A stretch of DNA of 63,217 nt, filler included, from Choristocarpus tenellus KU-1152 (GCA_964200185.2; 12 parts of 12 records of this genome joined end to end with filler, not necessarily neighbours in it), one strand, 5' to 3'. Positions 1 to 12,965 are shown, numbered from the whole stretch's first letter. The notes: generated from the sequence alone by a model not told the origin. Translations and numbers: made by a program.

Positions 1-56
1 ATGAAAAAAATGACCCCAAATGGACAGCCGCCACCCCCCTCTAGATACTTTGACCC
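1..56 (-). mobile_element. MITE family 2 terminal fragment
   Basis: CCCCAAATGGACAGCCGCCACCCCCCTCTAGATACTTTG matches the reverse complement of the family 2 left end. Confidence 0.7.
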
Positions 57-233
57 CAGGTTCCGAGTCTTCAGCAGATCATGGAACTTTCAAACCTGCA
101 TTCTTTGTCCAACTGAAGTATGCTTGTGCAGGGATCACTCATGACCATCACTGAACTGCATATGTACCTGCCCCAGGTAAGAAACTCTAGCACTTGCTAC
201 TACTCTATCGTTTGCAAAATTTCTTGAAATGAT

Positions 234-3200
234 TTATTTGTGAACTGATTCAGGCATATTGTTCACAGAGAAGTCCTCCAGCCGACGTTGTAGGGGAATG
301 CTGTCGTCTGGTTCGAATCCAGTGCTGTTCACCTTGAAGGATAGAGAGGGTTGCAAATGGTTGAGGCCATCAGGGCTGTGGACTGGAAGGAAGGATAGTA
401 CTGGAATTTTCGAAACTGCTGAACCCAGAGGAGTCAAAGCATTTAAGAGGGTAGGAATTTTGCCCTGTTTATCCGTTCAGGGCTTGACTTCCCACGTTTT
501 TTTTATGCTCTTTTTCGATTTTCTGTGCAAACAAAGTTACCTGAAATGTATACAACTATGAAACGTGTGTCTGGAGCAAGCATATTGGCACTTGATAACA
601 AGCGCAATAGCCGAAATTCATCAAAATCACAACATTGGATTTGTGATCCTGAGCAAATGCGGCCCTATCCTCTTAAATGCTTTATGTTGAGTTCCAGCAA
701 GAGTCTGCCCTTTTCGTTTTGCTTCAGGAGGAAAAACACAAACAATTTCTACTTTCATCACAGGAGCTAAGCCAGGTGTTCTTGACACTGCACCTCCAAA
801 AAAATAAGTGCTTGGACAACCTGACATGGCAACACATATTCGACTCCTTGAATCCCACTCTCCCACTAGCCTGCCAATGCTAATGTGTGTACTAGTGCCA
901 CGAAAACATACTTGAAGATACCCTATATTGAGAACACCCCAGATCTTAGGTCATTGTTGACAGGGGAGTATTATCTCACATCCTTGTTCGAATGATCTCA
1001 GAAAGTGTTCAAGGGCATCGACGAAACCTGAACACAATTACACATAGAGGTCCTACGCACTTGGCACCAAACCTTGAGGTGGCTTACATAGCCCAACTCC
1101 CTGGCAAATGAGTAAAAAACTGGTGGGCAAGCACTCCTCTTACCTCTATTCTCTCCCACATCCGATCTAGGGTCTCCTTCAGCATGTCCCCAAACTCCTG
1201 CGCCATGTCCTCCATCTTTACTCGCATCTGCGACATAGAGATGAGAAACACAGAGATGAGAAGGCAGTCAAATCACATTAGGAATCACATGAGCGTTGCA
1301 TTGATGTCATTCAGACCAATTGGTAGTCTTCTTCCGCACTACATGGCAAAAGCACTTGTCCGGCATAATCATTGCAGAACATGGAAATCAGTTTTCCTCC
1401 ATGAGGGGGAAGGAGCATGTGGGATGGTGACTGTTAGGTTCCTCATGGTAAATTTGGTCAAATGAAGCTTTTGGGTTCTACAATCTGTCCACCACGGAAC
1501 TTTTGAGGAGAAAAAAATAAGAGAGCTCCCACAGATGTCTGTATGACTCAATACATAGCAGTTGCAAAAGCCTAGGTTCTGTTGTATGTGGGAGAGTGTC
1601 CATTTTTGAGGGCATATCTTGGTGCTCACTATGGTCAACAAAGAATTGTTTATGTTATAGCAGCTCTTTGGTAGGTATCTGAGGTGTCTTGCTTGTTTTT
1701 TTTTAATATTGATTTTATCTCCCTAGTTTGTTTCAGTCACTCCCTTATACCCACACAGAGTATTTGAGCTGGCCAGCAAGAAGCAAGTGGCAACATGGCG
1801 TAAGTGCTCTCGATATTGGAAGGCATTACCCAGATTAGGTATCCTTCCCCGCTCTATATCCTCAACCACGTTACCTGTGATATCTCCTTGTCCTTTGTGG
1901 CGATGATCAAGTCTTTCTCCCGTATTGTTTGCTCCAGCTCGAGGCGCGATGTCTCGAGCTCGTCTTGAGTGGCCTGTTTATTGGGAGTACTCAACACAGG
2001 GTTCACGGAATCTGGCTCTTCAGCAATAAGACAATCTTGGGTACTGTTTACTCCTTCAAAGTAGTGATTTTTTTCTTCTCACCCTAGTGAGCTACTCACA
2101 GGAATGAATATTCATTACCTAATTCTGGCTGTAGTGAGCTTAACCTGCTCAGTACACTCAGGTAGCCGGTAGCAGTGAACCCCCAATATCCTCTAACCCT
2201 AAACCACTCAAAGATGACATGTACAGTAGGTCTCCGTCTAGGCATTTCAATACTGGAAATATTCAACATCAATGGCCCTTTGGAAAACTTGCTCACACCT
2301 GAATGGTGCCTTCAAGCTGGTTGATGCGGTTTAGCAACTCTTCCTGCATCCCCTTGTATTGCCGTGTCATATCCTTGGTTATCTCCAATGTCCCTGAACC
2401 GCACCCAAAGAGGGAGAGAGATAACAGTGAAGCGGTGAATGAGAGATAAGGAATTGCTACGCTATCATCCGATTTAATAAGTCATTGTACAGACTATTCC
2501 ACTATGTTTTTGCGAACAGGCACTGCACCTATTAAGGACAGAGTACTCAGGAACCTGACATAAGCAGTGACACAAAACTGTTGCCTTCTCAAAAACACTT
2601 CCAAGTATTTTAATATTTCAAACAAGTCTGCACACTGAATTCCTTTGACCATTGCAACACACGCATCCCTACTCAACCAGCTGTCAGAGAGATTGGTTGC
2701 TATAGTCATTAGCAACTAACTCGGCTGTCCATTTGGAACAGTCTCTGACTATAGATGGTTACATTGTTTGCTGTGCTATGGACTTGTGTTATTCTCATTC
2801 CCTACTAACCCCTAGTCGTCCTCATGCCCTATACCTTCTTGCCCATTCTGGAATTTTTGTCGCATGTCTTCGATGTGGTCCGCCATTTCCTGCTTCTCCG
2901 CCAATGCCCGACTTGTTTCATCTGTCCGATCAGCTAATATCACCCATAACGAAGAGATGAGTGATGCCCGAATTGAAGTATTATATCCAAGAGGTATGCA
3001 GTAATGACAGTAGCCGACAACATCCATGTGGTTAGGCTGGGAGATCTATCTGAATCAGGCAAGTTGTGTTTCATGCCATCTCTCAGTGTAGAAACAAGAC
3101 CAGGAATATGTTGTCCTCCTGCTACTTTGAGGATGTGCTGTTCAGAAGAGAGGTCACAGCGAAATTCTGTGGCTATTGACTGTGCCCACAATCTTCAGAG

Positions 3201-5168
3201 CTGGCAGAGTCATAGTTTTACTTTGAGTAGATATGTCTAACATATAGGATGTATATTGACCTAGTTTTCTTTTGCATTATTCTTGCATAGCCACAAGTAG
3301 AACCACTTGGCTGGATACTAGGACCATGAAAGATGAGAACATTCAACACTGATTTCAATCCAAATCATGTGGTAGAGCTCGAGCATGTTGTGCAGTACAT
3401 GATGACAGCAGTGTGAACACTCATGCCCTGTGATTCAAAGTATCTTAGAGGTTAGATTCGCATCCGTTTAGGAGTCAAATCCAATGTTGCGATTTTGATG
3501 TAATTATGGCTATCGTGTTTGTTAGAGGAAATGTCAATATCCTTGTTCCGTACACACCTTTCATAGTGTGTACATTTTACCTACACCAAAACATTTCGGA
3601 GTAGGAAAATATCATAAAATAACCCGCGGGAAGTCAAGCCCCAAACGGACAAGCAGGGAAAAACACGTACCCTCTAAGATACTCTCACTCTGTGTCATAT
3701 CTGTGTCCTTCACAACATTCCTCCTGGTTACCTCATATGGAGAAGAGTCAATGTATTTGAGAGGCAGTAGAGGGTTTGGCCCATTTGCATTCTTTGTTGC
3801 CTTGTGTGATACACCCTATTTCGTTGCCCTTTGTGCACAGTAGCGTATGCAAAATTGATATCTCCTCTGTCCACAAACAAAGTGACATCACAAGAAGGTG
3901 TTTATTGGCATTTCTTGGGAATCTTAATTCATGTAACCCTTGCCTACTTCTCAATTTGGCTCAATTTACTCCCATAGAGTTCTGGCGCCCGTGAGGCATA
4001 ATGTATGGTTGAAGGGATATAAATGCATCGTACTTCCTCTCAAGAAGGGACTTGAAATATTGAAAGTCTCAGCCTGGCCACTACCAACAACGACATTTGT
4101 CAGGATATCTGAGTGACAGAAATTTTATTCTGTTTGCAAAGGTTGTGTGGGAACATTGACTTATGACACTGGAGGCTCAACATTAACGACCCATGAGGCA
4201 GTCAGCAGGGCAGAGCTGTATCTTTATTAAAGGAGCTACTAGATCCACCGATTGCATTTGTGATAGATATCGTGGATCCAATATGACATACCAAAGGTCT
4301 GCAAAATGCTCTTGGATTAGAATCAGTCTGTAATAATTATGCTCATTTCCACAGTACCAGAGACTGTGACTTGAACTTTGGAGATAATATATCTTTGTTC
4401 ACGTCATTCGCTTCTTTAAATGAAAGCTAGATGTTCTTTTAGGCGGTAGTGGCGGTGTAGAATTGCCTTGTACAATTCACTTCTCCGTAAGACATGGAAG
4501 GACCACCTCAGCTGGCACAACTGTGTTAACGAATTCGTTTTCTACCATGATTACAATCGATGTTCAGGTCTCATTCTAGGCGCTGTCCTTTAGGTGCCCG
4601 AGAAGCGATTGATATTCATGACGAACACAAAATGTGGAAGTCATGTCGTCGGACATACATGTGCGTGTGGGTGGGTGTGTCATTCTGTCTATTAAGAGGT
4701 CAAGGAAGGTCTCAAGACCACCAATGGAGGAATTGACTCTCACCAAGCTGTATTTGCAGTGACTGAAGAGCAGCTTGGTAGAGATGGGCCTTGTCCGCAT
4801 CGGACAAGGGAGCTCCATCCTGAGCTGCATCATCCCCTGTGGGTGCGAGGTGTCAACAACATAAGAGCACAGAAAGGGTTGTGAGGAGCAATAAGCACAG
4901 ACTTGAAGGAAGGCAAAATTTGGAAGCGTAGCAGAAAGAAACACCAATAGTTTCACGTGAACATTTTGTGGTGCGTAAATGGTACACAAGTTCCATCTAG
5001 ACTTGGTTCTCTTCCCTTTTCTGTCCTTTTCCTGTCATATACCCTTGTTGACGTCGTTCGATAGAGTTGATCAACAGAATATTATCGAACTTTCGGGTGA
5101 CATCGAACCGCTGAAGTTTCCTCACCTCCTTTTTTTCCCTTTTTCCCTCCCTTCTTCTTTGGTGGCAT
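234..5168 (-). CDS. CCDC153: Coiled-coil domain protein 153 / dynein regulatory complex subunit DRC12-like, complete 7-exon gene (203 aa)
   Basis: Phase-compatible GT-AG exons 5126-5168, 4744-4836, 2835-2933, 2299-2393, 1875-1973, 1144-1227 and 234-332 (612 nt). They splice to MPPKKKGGKKGKKG...LQSLQIQLADRTDETSRALAEKQE...TLEITKDMTRQYKGMQEELLNRINQLE...MEDMAQEFGDMLKETLDRMWERIE...HK*. The DMTRQYK.MQEEL and M..EF.DMLKETL motifs are recalled as typical of CCDC153 homologs. Confidence 0.8.
3432..3690 (+). mobile_element. MITE family 1 (~258 bp), in intron 2 of CCDC153
   Basis: TIRs AGTATCTTAGAGG/CCTCTAAGATACT; homologous to five other loci in the window. Confidence 0.85.
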
Positions 5169-5345
5169 CCCTGTTCAGGTGCAAGGTTCTTTCCAGGGTT
5201 TGTTTTTTTGTTCACAGGTTGACCTGTCCAAAGTTGTGGGCTTTGTAACGCCATAACGCCCTCCAGGAATTGTAAGAACCAATTGCGTACACATTCTTGT
5301 ACCAGCCAAACTCAGACCTTTGTACAGAAGGAGTGCATGTAAAGG
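5169..5345. promoter_or_regulatory. Putative bidirectional promoter / shared 5' region
   Basis: Only 177 bp separate the divergent ATGs at 5168 (-) and 5346 (+). Confidence 0.5.
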
Positions 5346-7019
5346 ATGTTGAGTCAGATCCAGGAGTACTTCGAAGAGAGAGGTAGGCATGATGTCTTTA
5401 AACCGCCTCCTCGCAACTTGTTGCATGGTGTACTACGTAAGAAAGTGACAACCCACCATCAGACGTCAACAACCCTTGATCCCAGGAATGGAGAGGGACC
5501 TCGACAAGTCGTTCCCCAGCTTTCCTACCTGTTGATTCGCCACCAATAATTTAGCGCCAACCAATCCCACACCTGCATCAGCAGGAAGTCGATCACAACA
5601 TCAAACATTCACCTCAAAACTAACGACGAATTCCGTCAACCTATCATGATCTCTTCAGGCATCACGGCCGCGGACTTTCCCAAGGCCCTCCTGACTCATG
5701 AGATCCTTAGTGTCACATTTCTTGCTGCTACGTGGGTTGCATGCTATAACATTCAGCCTTCTCAGGTACGTTTTCATCATCACTCTCTTATCCTTGCCCA
5801 CCTCAGAACTCTCTTAGACCGACCTTATCCCCACTCAAGTCCTTAATGTGTGCGTCCGTGATTAAACCCTCCAGTACATCTAAAAAAAGGTAGCCTTGTA
5901 AATAATTTTCTTTTTTTTCCTCTATGTGGTCTCCTCCCCTCTGCGAAGATATTCTTGCCCTCCCTAGAAATACTATATCGAGTTTTTGTCAACTTGCTGT
6001 CAAGAGACTACAGCAAACCTTGCCACTTGCCTGTATACAATATTGTTTCAATACCCACCCCGACGCCTGTTCCATGCCCGATCTCCCCTACGGTTCATCA
6101 GATCTCGATACTCTCATTTCCACAATGACTATCGCCCTCCTGACCCTATCTTCCCCACCCACCCTTCACAATCTATGTACCATTGGACAGAGCCCTATGT
6201 TTGCCCCCGTGAACAAGGCGTTTCAAGAGAGCAGCAATCGTTTTGTTGTTGGAATGAGGAACAAATATCATGCAATGGTTGTGGGGGCTGAACGGAGGAT
6301 GGGACAGTCTTGGTGAGCTCACAGAGGCATCTATATCAATGGAAGCATTATTCAGACCATGACCCCTTGTATTTTACCTCTCTCAATGGCCTGATCTCTG
6401 TATAGATGTGAAGGTGGACTGACTAGTAGTTGGCGAACGTGGCCATTGGTTACATTATCGACCGAAGCTTTGTATGTGCATTTGGTCATGGGGTGGACCG
6501 CATCACTTTTCCTTGTTGGCCTAGTATATTTCCTCTTGCTACTGCAATTCCATGCCCCCCTCTTGCCCATCCCTCCCTTGTTGTGCCCTTAATCACATAT
6601 ATTCTTTTGGTATACCCTTCCATTGAATTTTCTCCTATCATTTTTCCCCCCTGCACCTCTTGGACATTGAAATATCCTGCCATGTCAGGCTAGCCAATCA
6701 GGGTATAGATACTGGTCGTCTTGCAGTATCCCTCGCAGAGTCCTCCCTTTTCCGCAAGCTCGCAAAGCCTATCACCATCCCGGCCAAGCTTTGGCTCACC
6801 ATACTAGCTGTGCAGGCCATGCCTAAAACTGAGGTGGCGACAGAGGCTGCTGCTGAAGTGGATAAAGGGGGACAGGCTGGGGCAAGAGCGAGGAGAGAAA
6901 AGGGGAATGAGAGAAAGGTGAAGTCAGGACGGGGTAGCAGGAGAGGAAGAGCGAGGCACAAGGCAGCATGTAGTCCGAGTGGTGCAGGGTGCTTTGTTGC
7001 AGCTAGTCCAGCATTTTGA
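5346..7019 (+). CDS. Conserved hypothetical protein, 4 exons (198 aa), with a hydrophobic segment; weak resemblance to DUF1279/FAM210-type proteins
   Basis: Phase-compatible GT-AG exons 5346-5382, 5659-5765, 6191-6312 and 6689-7019 give MLSQIQEYFEERGITAADFPKALLTHEILSVTFLAATWVACYNIQPSQSPMFAP...WLANQGIDTGRLAVSLAESSLFRKLAKPITIPAKLWLTILAV...PAF*. The family assignment is tentative. Confidence 0.65.
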
Positions 7020-9492
7020 CTGTTCCTGGTGCCGCAGTAGTTTATACCACTTGCTGGCAAGAGAGGGCAGCAGAACTTTACTGATGGAGGTCTTGATGTG
7101 TAGGTAGGACTTCTACATAATATCCAAGTGGAGGAGGACTGGGATGTCCTCCTCAGTATGTCGAGGCAAAGTACAGTACACTTCGTTAGAAAGTGACGGC
7201 TGAGGTTTGCAAACATGACAGGTTGGACAGAGGGCACGATGGTTACAATTTGTCCCATTGAATAGAGTTGCTTCTTTTGGTATGGTAGTCACTGCCCATA
7301 GCATCAATCATTTGTTTTGCTGATGGTGGAAAAACACTGTTGCTTTCCCCACTTTCCATCCCCCACTACCCACCTGTGCTATGCATGCTACCCTTCCATG
7401 TGGTGTGATTTATTTGAATGCCCTTTGTCTCTCCATTCACAACTGTCTCATACTCCACGGTTGCCACCCTTACACCGTATGAGATTACCCTGTTGGAGGG
7501 TAATCCAGGTTGTGGTCCCCCTTCTCCTTCCCCAGTTGAACCTGTGTTGTTGAGGACATCCTTTGAGGTTTTGCTTTGGCATTCCGTTGCCATGCCTCTG
7601 CTGCTCACCTCAAGCTTTCACCTTGACGATTTCATGGGTTGATAAGCATGACATCAAATAGCGTCCTTGTTTGCAATTGCCCTGTTTTACTAGGACAAAG
7701 TATCATATTGTATGCACTTCTATTTTACACACTTTGCTCTTTTTCAACGTTGGCTAACATTACTGGTGTGGACATGCATTATAGTAATTGGTACAATTGC
7801 AGTTGGCATCAGGAGGATTTCTGTGGTGCAGGACCTTGTTTGGAAAATTGCCTCCACTGTGCACTTTTGACCAACAAGCACTGTATCTGTGTCAAGTGGT
7901 GACTGAGGAAAGATCAGACTTTCTGTTGTATGCAACCTCCTCCGTTTGCTTCATTATGCCTGGGGTCTGAGGCCAAGGCAACTGAAGGCACCTGTAACAT
8001 GCATTCATATAGATTCAAGCTGATTTATTTGCCGCCGGTCTGTGGGTAGTCCCAAATCCAGCCAACATTGCCAGGGCTGGTCAGGCAAGAATACTTACCT
8101 GTTGTACTTTGAAGGTGTGGTTTTTATCATTTTCGCATACGTCACATTTTTTTTTATCTCTGCTAGTCATTTCTTCCAGTGTCACAGAAATGGCCCACTG
8201 TGTTGCTGAGCAGAAATTTAGTCATGTTTCAATATTGTTATCCTCCATGTAAATATATTCTGTTGGTATAGGCCCCCAGACCCTTATTGTGGTATCCCCG
8301 CAGATACCTGAGGGCTAGCTTGATCCAACTGTGGTAGTAGTATCCTAAGTCAAGACTCCTGCATTCCAATTTATCTACCAGGCTTCAATTTTAATAATGA
8401 AATATTTTTTCAACGGTGTCTATCTCTCAGCTCCACATTGCATACTGACCAGATTTACATGTTAGCATGAATGCCTAAGATACATGTAAAGTGTGAAGAG
8501 GATGGCAACAGTTTTGCATAGATGATAATGCAATTGATGTGGAGTTTTTATGTATCAAGGCGTATTACCATTTGTTCCAGGACACATTTGCACATGTGAT
8601 TTGTTGTCACTAGCTACCCCTTGCCCTAATAATCCTGCAAGTGAAGTGTTAAGACTATTTGTGCCTTCAAACCTCATTCCCTCTCCCACCTATGAATTGC
8701 ACTCATTTCAGTCGCAAAATATTCTCATACTATCGTCAACCTCATGTCACATACATGTAGAATTTTTAATCAATAACTTTTATTGTAGATGGCTCCACAC
8801 AAAACCAGTGGAGAGTTAGTACCCATCAACTGATCTATCCTGGATCAGCACCCAAGAAATACCTTCTGAGTCTCAACTTGTACCATGATATTTTGAGTTC
8901 ATTGGTGGGTCAACTGTGCCCTATGTCTACCTCTGCCCAATTGGCAGTGGCTTGTATGGTCATTGTTGTGTAATTTTCTCAGTCACATATCGCTCATTCA
9001 CACCGTAATTCCCAAAAGTATCAAGTTAAGAAATATATCTGGTCAATCTTTGCACATAACGTAGCACATGCATGCAATTATGTTTTCCCAAGTTGTACAG
9101 AACTAGAAAGTACCCACAACTTCCTATTCAAACTTCCTCGCCCGCTTGAAATTATCTACTTCGCAGCTATTTACATAGATTTAATTTTTGATCCTTGCCG
9201 ATGCTGGTGGATCTTGAGCATCGTAAACTGCCCACTATGTAGTGTCCTTCATGCCCAGTCTCCTACCTCATTCTTAGTCACACCAGTCTCTTGCTTCGTA
9301 ACACTTAGTTCCTGGATGGTTTCAATTCAGGTCAAGAAGATGCAGTTATATTGGAGGCCCCTCCCATCACCTAGTGTGACAAGTCTTCAATGACAAGGAA
9401 GGCATCCACATATAGTGCACTGCCCTCTGCATGATGCATACACACTGACTGAACAAATGAAGCATAGACCAGTTGAACACCCTTATTGTTAT

Positions 9493-10491
9493 CTAAGGGA
9501 ATATAACAACGGGCCCAGCACTGTGGTCTCGTCTGTGCTGTACAACCGGCATGCGTTCTCGTATCCTTTCCACCTCGAAATCATCCACATCAGCCACAAC
9601 AATGCACTCTTTATCAACTCCGGCGTCAACTAATACCTTTCCCCACGCATCAATAATCATTGCATGACCGTAGCTCTCCCGCCCACCTTGCTCCCCAGCG
9701 TGTAAGCCCACCTGGGCCGCTGCAGCAACATAGCACTGGTTCTCCACTGCACGTGCCCGCAGAAGCACTTCCCAATGTGCTTTCCCCGTAGTCGGCATGA
9801 ATGCGGAAGGCACAAGTAACACCTTGCATCCCACGTCCCGAAGGGCAGCATATACGTAAGGGAATCGTACGTCATAGCATGTAGTTAACCCCACCGGCCC
9901 CACCGGTGTGTTCAGTGCAACAGCCCCCAAGGAAGGCCCAGCCGCAGTTCCTTCCGACTCGCGGTATTTTCCCGATGACCCCGCATCCGCATCGTACAGG
10001 TGCAGCTTGCGATACACTGCTCGCGTCGCTCCCGTGTCATCGAGTAGAAGGTGTGTATTGTGAATGCGCTTGTCTGATAGATTTGTCGACAGTTCGTGAA
10101 ACCCCCCAAGTGAAAGCCATAGCTTGTGTGAAACGGCCAGATCTCGGTATCTGGACAGGAGTGGGCCGTTGAGCGACTCTGCCATCCGTGCTGATGCCCC
10201 AGCTTTCAAGCCCATGAACGCGAAACATTCCGGAAAGCTAAGCAATTCTACGCCTTGAGCGGCAGCCATTGCGCACAAGCGTGTCGCACATTGATAGTTG
10301 GAATCCACATCCTCTGAAGAACACATTTGGACAACACCAATTCGTCCCATTGATACGCACTTCCCCTTCGCACTGCCCTTGCTTTCCAAGTCTAATTGAG
10401 GAAGTCTTACCAATGTCTGAGAGGGCACAGTCGCCCTGAAACAAGGTGATGTTGGCGGTAAGTTGAGACAATTGGAAACGTTTCTCTGCAT
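9493..10491 (-). CDS. NIT1: Nitrilase-superfamily NIT1-type protein (deaminated glutathione amidase)
   Basis: 332-aa uninterrupted ORF with the Glu-Lys-Cys triad motifs FPECF, YRKLHLYD and TTCYDVRFP, plus PSAF..TGKAHWEVLLRARAVENQCYV.AAAQ.G.H and RESYGHAMIIDAWG. A possible in-frame splice acceptor lies at 10510-10512, so an upstream exon cannot be excluded. Confidence 0.92.
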   Translation of the reverse strand: MQRNVSNCLNLPPTSPCFRATVPSQTLVRLPQLDLESKGSAKGKCVSMGRIGVVQMCSSEDVDSNYQCATRLCAMAAAQGVELLSFPECFAFMGLKAGASARMAESLNGPLLSRYRDLAVSHKLWLSLGGFHELSTNLSDKRIHNTHLLLDDTGATRAVYRKLHLYDADAGSSGKYRESEGTAAGPSLGAVALNTPVGPVGLTTCYDVRFPYVYAALRDVGCKVLLVPSAFMPTTGKAHWEVLLRARAVENQCYVAAAAQVGLHAGEQGGRESYGHAMIIDAWGKVLVDAGVDKECIVVADVDDFEVERIRERMPVVQHRRDHSAGPVVIFP

Positions 10492-10808
10492 CCTGCCTTC
10501 ATAAACAACCTGAAGTTGAGAGGAACGAGGTAAGGACTAGAACAATAGGTGGTGACAATAACAATAGTCAAAATATAGTATATAGAGTAGTTAGTAGTAG
10601 TAATATTAAATTATATCATTAGAAAGGATGGAAGGAACTACTACCTACGTAGTAATGACAACTCAGTTCAATTCCAAATTGGTACCAAAAAATAGAGGCA
10701 AATTAATATTTGCATGTTGCAGTGACGAAAGAAATAATAATCAACAATCAAAACAATAGAACAACAGAACAAACTTGAACCAATATGTAATGCAACTCAG
10801 GTGACGTA

Positions 10809-10836
10809 TATACTATACTATACTATACTATACTAT
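10809..10836. repeat. (TATAC)n microsatellite; other simple repeats are (GT)n 43649-43672, (AG)n 44716-44745, (CA)n 45180-45221, poly-A 45681-45723 and poly-G ~45835-45908
   Basis: Directly visible in the sequence. Confidence 0.9.
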
Positions 10837-12658
10837 TCGTGTGGAACGCAGAGTGACTGTTCTGTACTTGGGTGTTCTGATTGTAATTGATGGGGTGATG
10901 ATGAACTAGTTCGTATGGTGTTCACAAGTTTACTAGAGAAATTTGAAAAAGAATCTATTAAGTCTAATAAAAAGATGATGAGACAAGAATCATATAATAT
11001 GAATTTATTTGAACTTAATAGCTCATCAGAAAACCTAAGCATAAAAAATTATTTGATGAATTTATAGTAAGTAACGTCCAGAACGTAACAGACCAATCAA
11101 CAGTGTTGACTGGTGGAACTGCATCGTATCGAGGAACAAACAGATGAGTAGCCTATGTTTTAACACTGAAAGCCCACCCTCACAATCTATCGACATTGAG
11201 TGGTGCATTGAAAACCTCAGGATTCTTGCGTTCCACAGGGGGTATACTTTCGTCTGCAAGGCAATCCTAGCGGTTGCACAGTGGTGCCTAGAAGTTGAGA
11301 GGCCAAATTGGGGGTTGACCCATCTTGTTGGAAATAATCTTTACCTACCTCATGAGGTTCAATGAATTAATGGAATTGTGCTCGGCGCCCCACAGCCCCA
11401 TATTCACGGAACGCAAAATCCGTTTGCGAGATACAAGTGATCGTACACAGGGGTATCAAAATTAGGGTTTAGAGGAGTTTGCGATAGGCTGTTCATAGGG
11501 AAGTGCAACCCCTGGAGAAAATGAGGGTAAGGGACCAAATGCGCGAAGTTGGAAGCGGACAAATACCAAGTTGCTAGCCTTGAATGAAGATGCAAAATGC
11601 CCCCGAATGAAGAAGTTGAAGCCGAAGGCAGTTGACGAGGATAAAGAGAATGAGCTTAGAGAAGAGAACCCCATTGATTGGTCCCCATGGGACTGAGATT
11701 GGCATCCCCCGGGCAGATGTTAGAGATTGACAAGGAGGATGGTGAAGGAGAGTGAGAGGAGGATGTAGACGAATAGGTAGATGGAGACATGAAATCCTGT
11801 GCAGAGATCAAAAGAAATAATGAGCCTGCATAAGCGCTCAAAATACGTCTCTGCTTCAATTGCTAAGTGGCTCAAATATCAATGAACACCATGGCCCGGA
11901 AAACCAATCCCCCACACATTAGTAACATGCAGGGAGAAACAAAATACAACGTAGCTGCCATGAACAGAATGCACCAAACATATGTGCTCTATTTGCTTCT
12001 CATGCCTTATAGTAAGCCAAATGCTTCAAAATGCTTCCCTACTACGTCAACAGTAGTGCTATATTTTGGAGTCCTGTATCACTCCCAACAACATGATATC
12101 TATAACCGAACAACAATTGTCTCAACATACGGTCTCTACCAGCATGTTCTTCATCATGAAGACCTCTTAGTATCACTGTTTTCCCCACTCATGTGTAATT
12201 TCCACTCCATTCCAACAATCTCGAAACATCTGTTGTAATAGCTTCATGCCGTGTGGTACCTATCGCAATTCAACTTCCTACTCATCATCATACCACCGGG
12301 TGTGTTACAGGCGAATAGCGCGAGTATTTCTTCCCACGCTTTAACCAGCGCGAGCAGTATACGCACGTGGGGAACCCGAAAAGGGGAAACTCCGATTTGC
12401 CTAAAAGTTGCAGAAAAACTGTAACTCGGGTAGTTGCAGAGGGTCACGGATGGATGGTCGGAAAGGGTTCTCAGATATATGACAGTATTTGTAAACCCGA
12501 ATAAACCCCAAACGGTAAATTATGATTAGAGTTCCTAAAAACGGCTCAAAGCGGCTCAGTTCTTCTGACCAAAAAAGACCCACATAGCTCACTCTCTATC
12601 TGATACCAAACTTTATACATATTTCTTATACTGATTGATTCATTTGAGAGTACCCCTG

Positions 12659-12758
12659 NNNNNNNNNNNNNNNNNNNNNNNNNNNNNNNNNNNNNNNNNN
12701 NNTTAATTAATTAANNNNNNNNNNNNNNNNNNNNNNNNNNNNNNNNNNNNNNNNNNNN
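12659..12758. other. Artificial contig-joining spacer N44-TTAATTAATTAA-N44 (first of 11)
   Basis: Identical 100-bp spacers at 12659, 17591, 23532, 26773, 31205, 35519, 41411, 45731, 48853, 54677 and 60106. The 12-mer places stop codons in all six frames. Confidence 0.98.
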
Positions 12759-12965
12759 CCCCCCTCCCAGATACTTTGGGTCAGATGAGCAAAGAAAAGA
12801 TCCACAATGGGCTGACTGACAATGGACATAGCAAGGGAAACTCGACAACAACTACGTATATCAGAATAGTCATCAGGTGATCACGGAACAACGAAAACAC
12901 TCAACTCACTTCGGCGCTTGGTTGATCAGGCGATTATGGAACAATGAAAACACTCCATCACCCAC

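Noticed and set aside
3568-3843. Short ORFs overlapping MITE copies (also 14423-14659 and 62039-62302, e.g. ILPTPKHFGVGK)
   Set aside because: Incidental translations of the non-coding MITE sequence.
11060-12658. Possible hAT transposase 3' remnant (LEEFAI...ATPGENE) and CCCCTG terminus
   Set aside because: Too degenerate, with many stops and no matching opposite TIR or TSD found.
12703-12714. Recurrent TTAATTAATTAA palindrome as a biological motif
   Set aside because: Always centred in exactly 44+44 Ns; it is an artificial all-frame stop linker.
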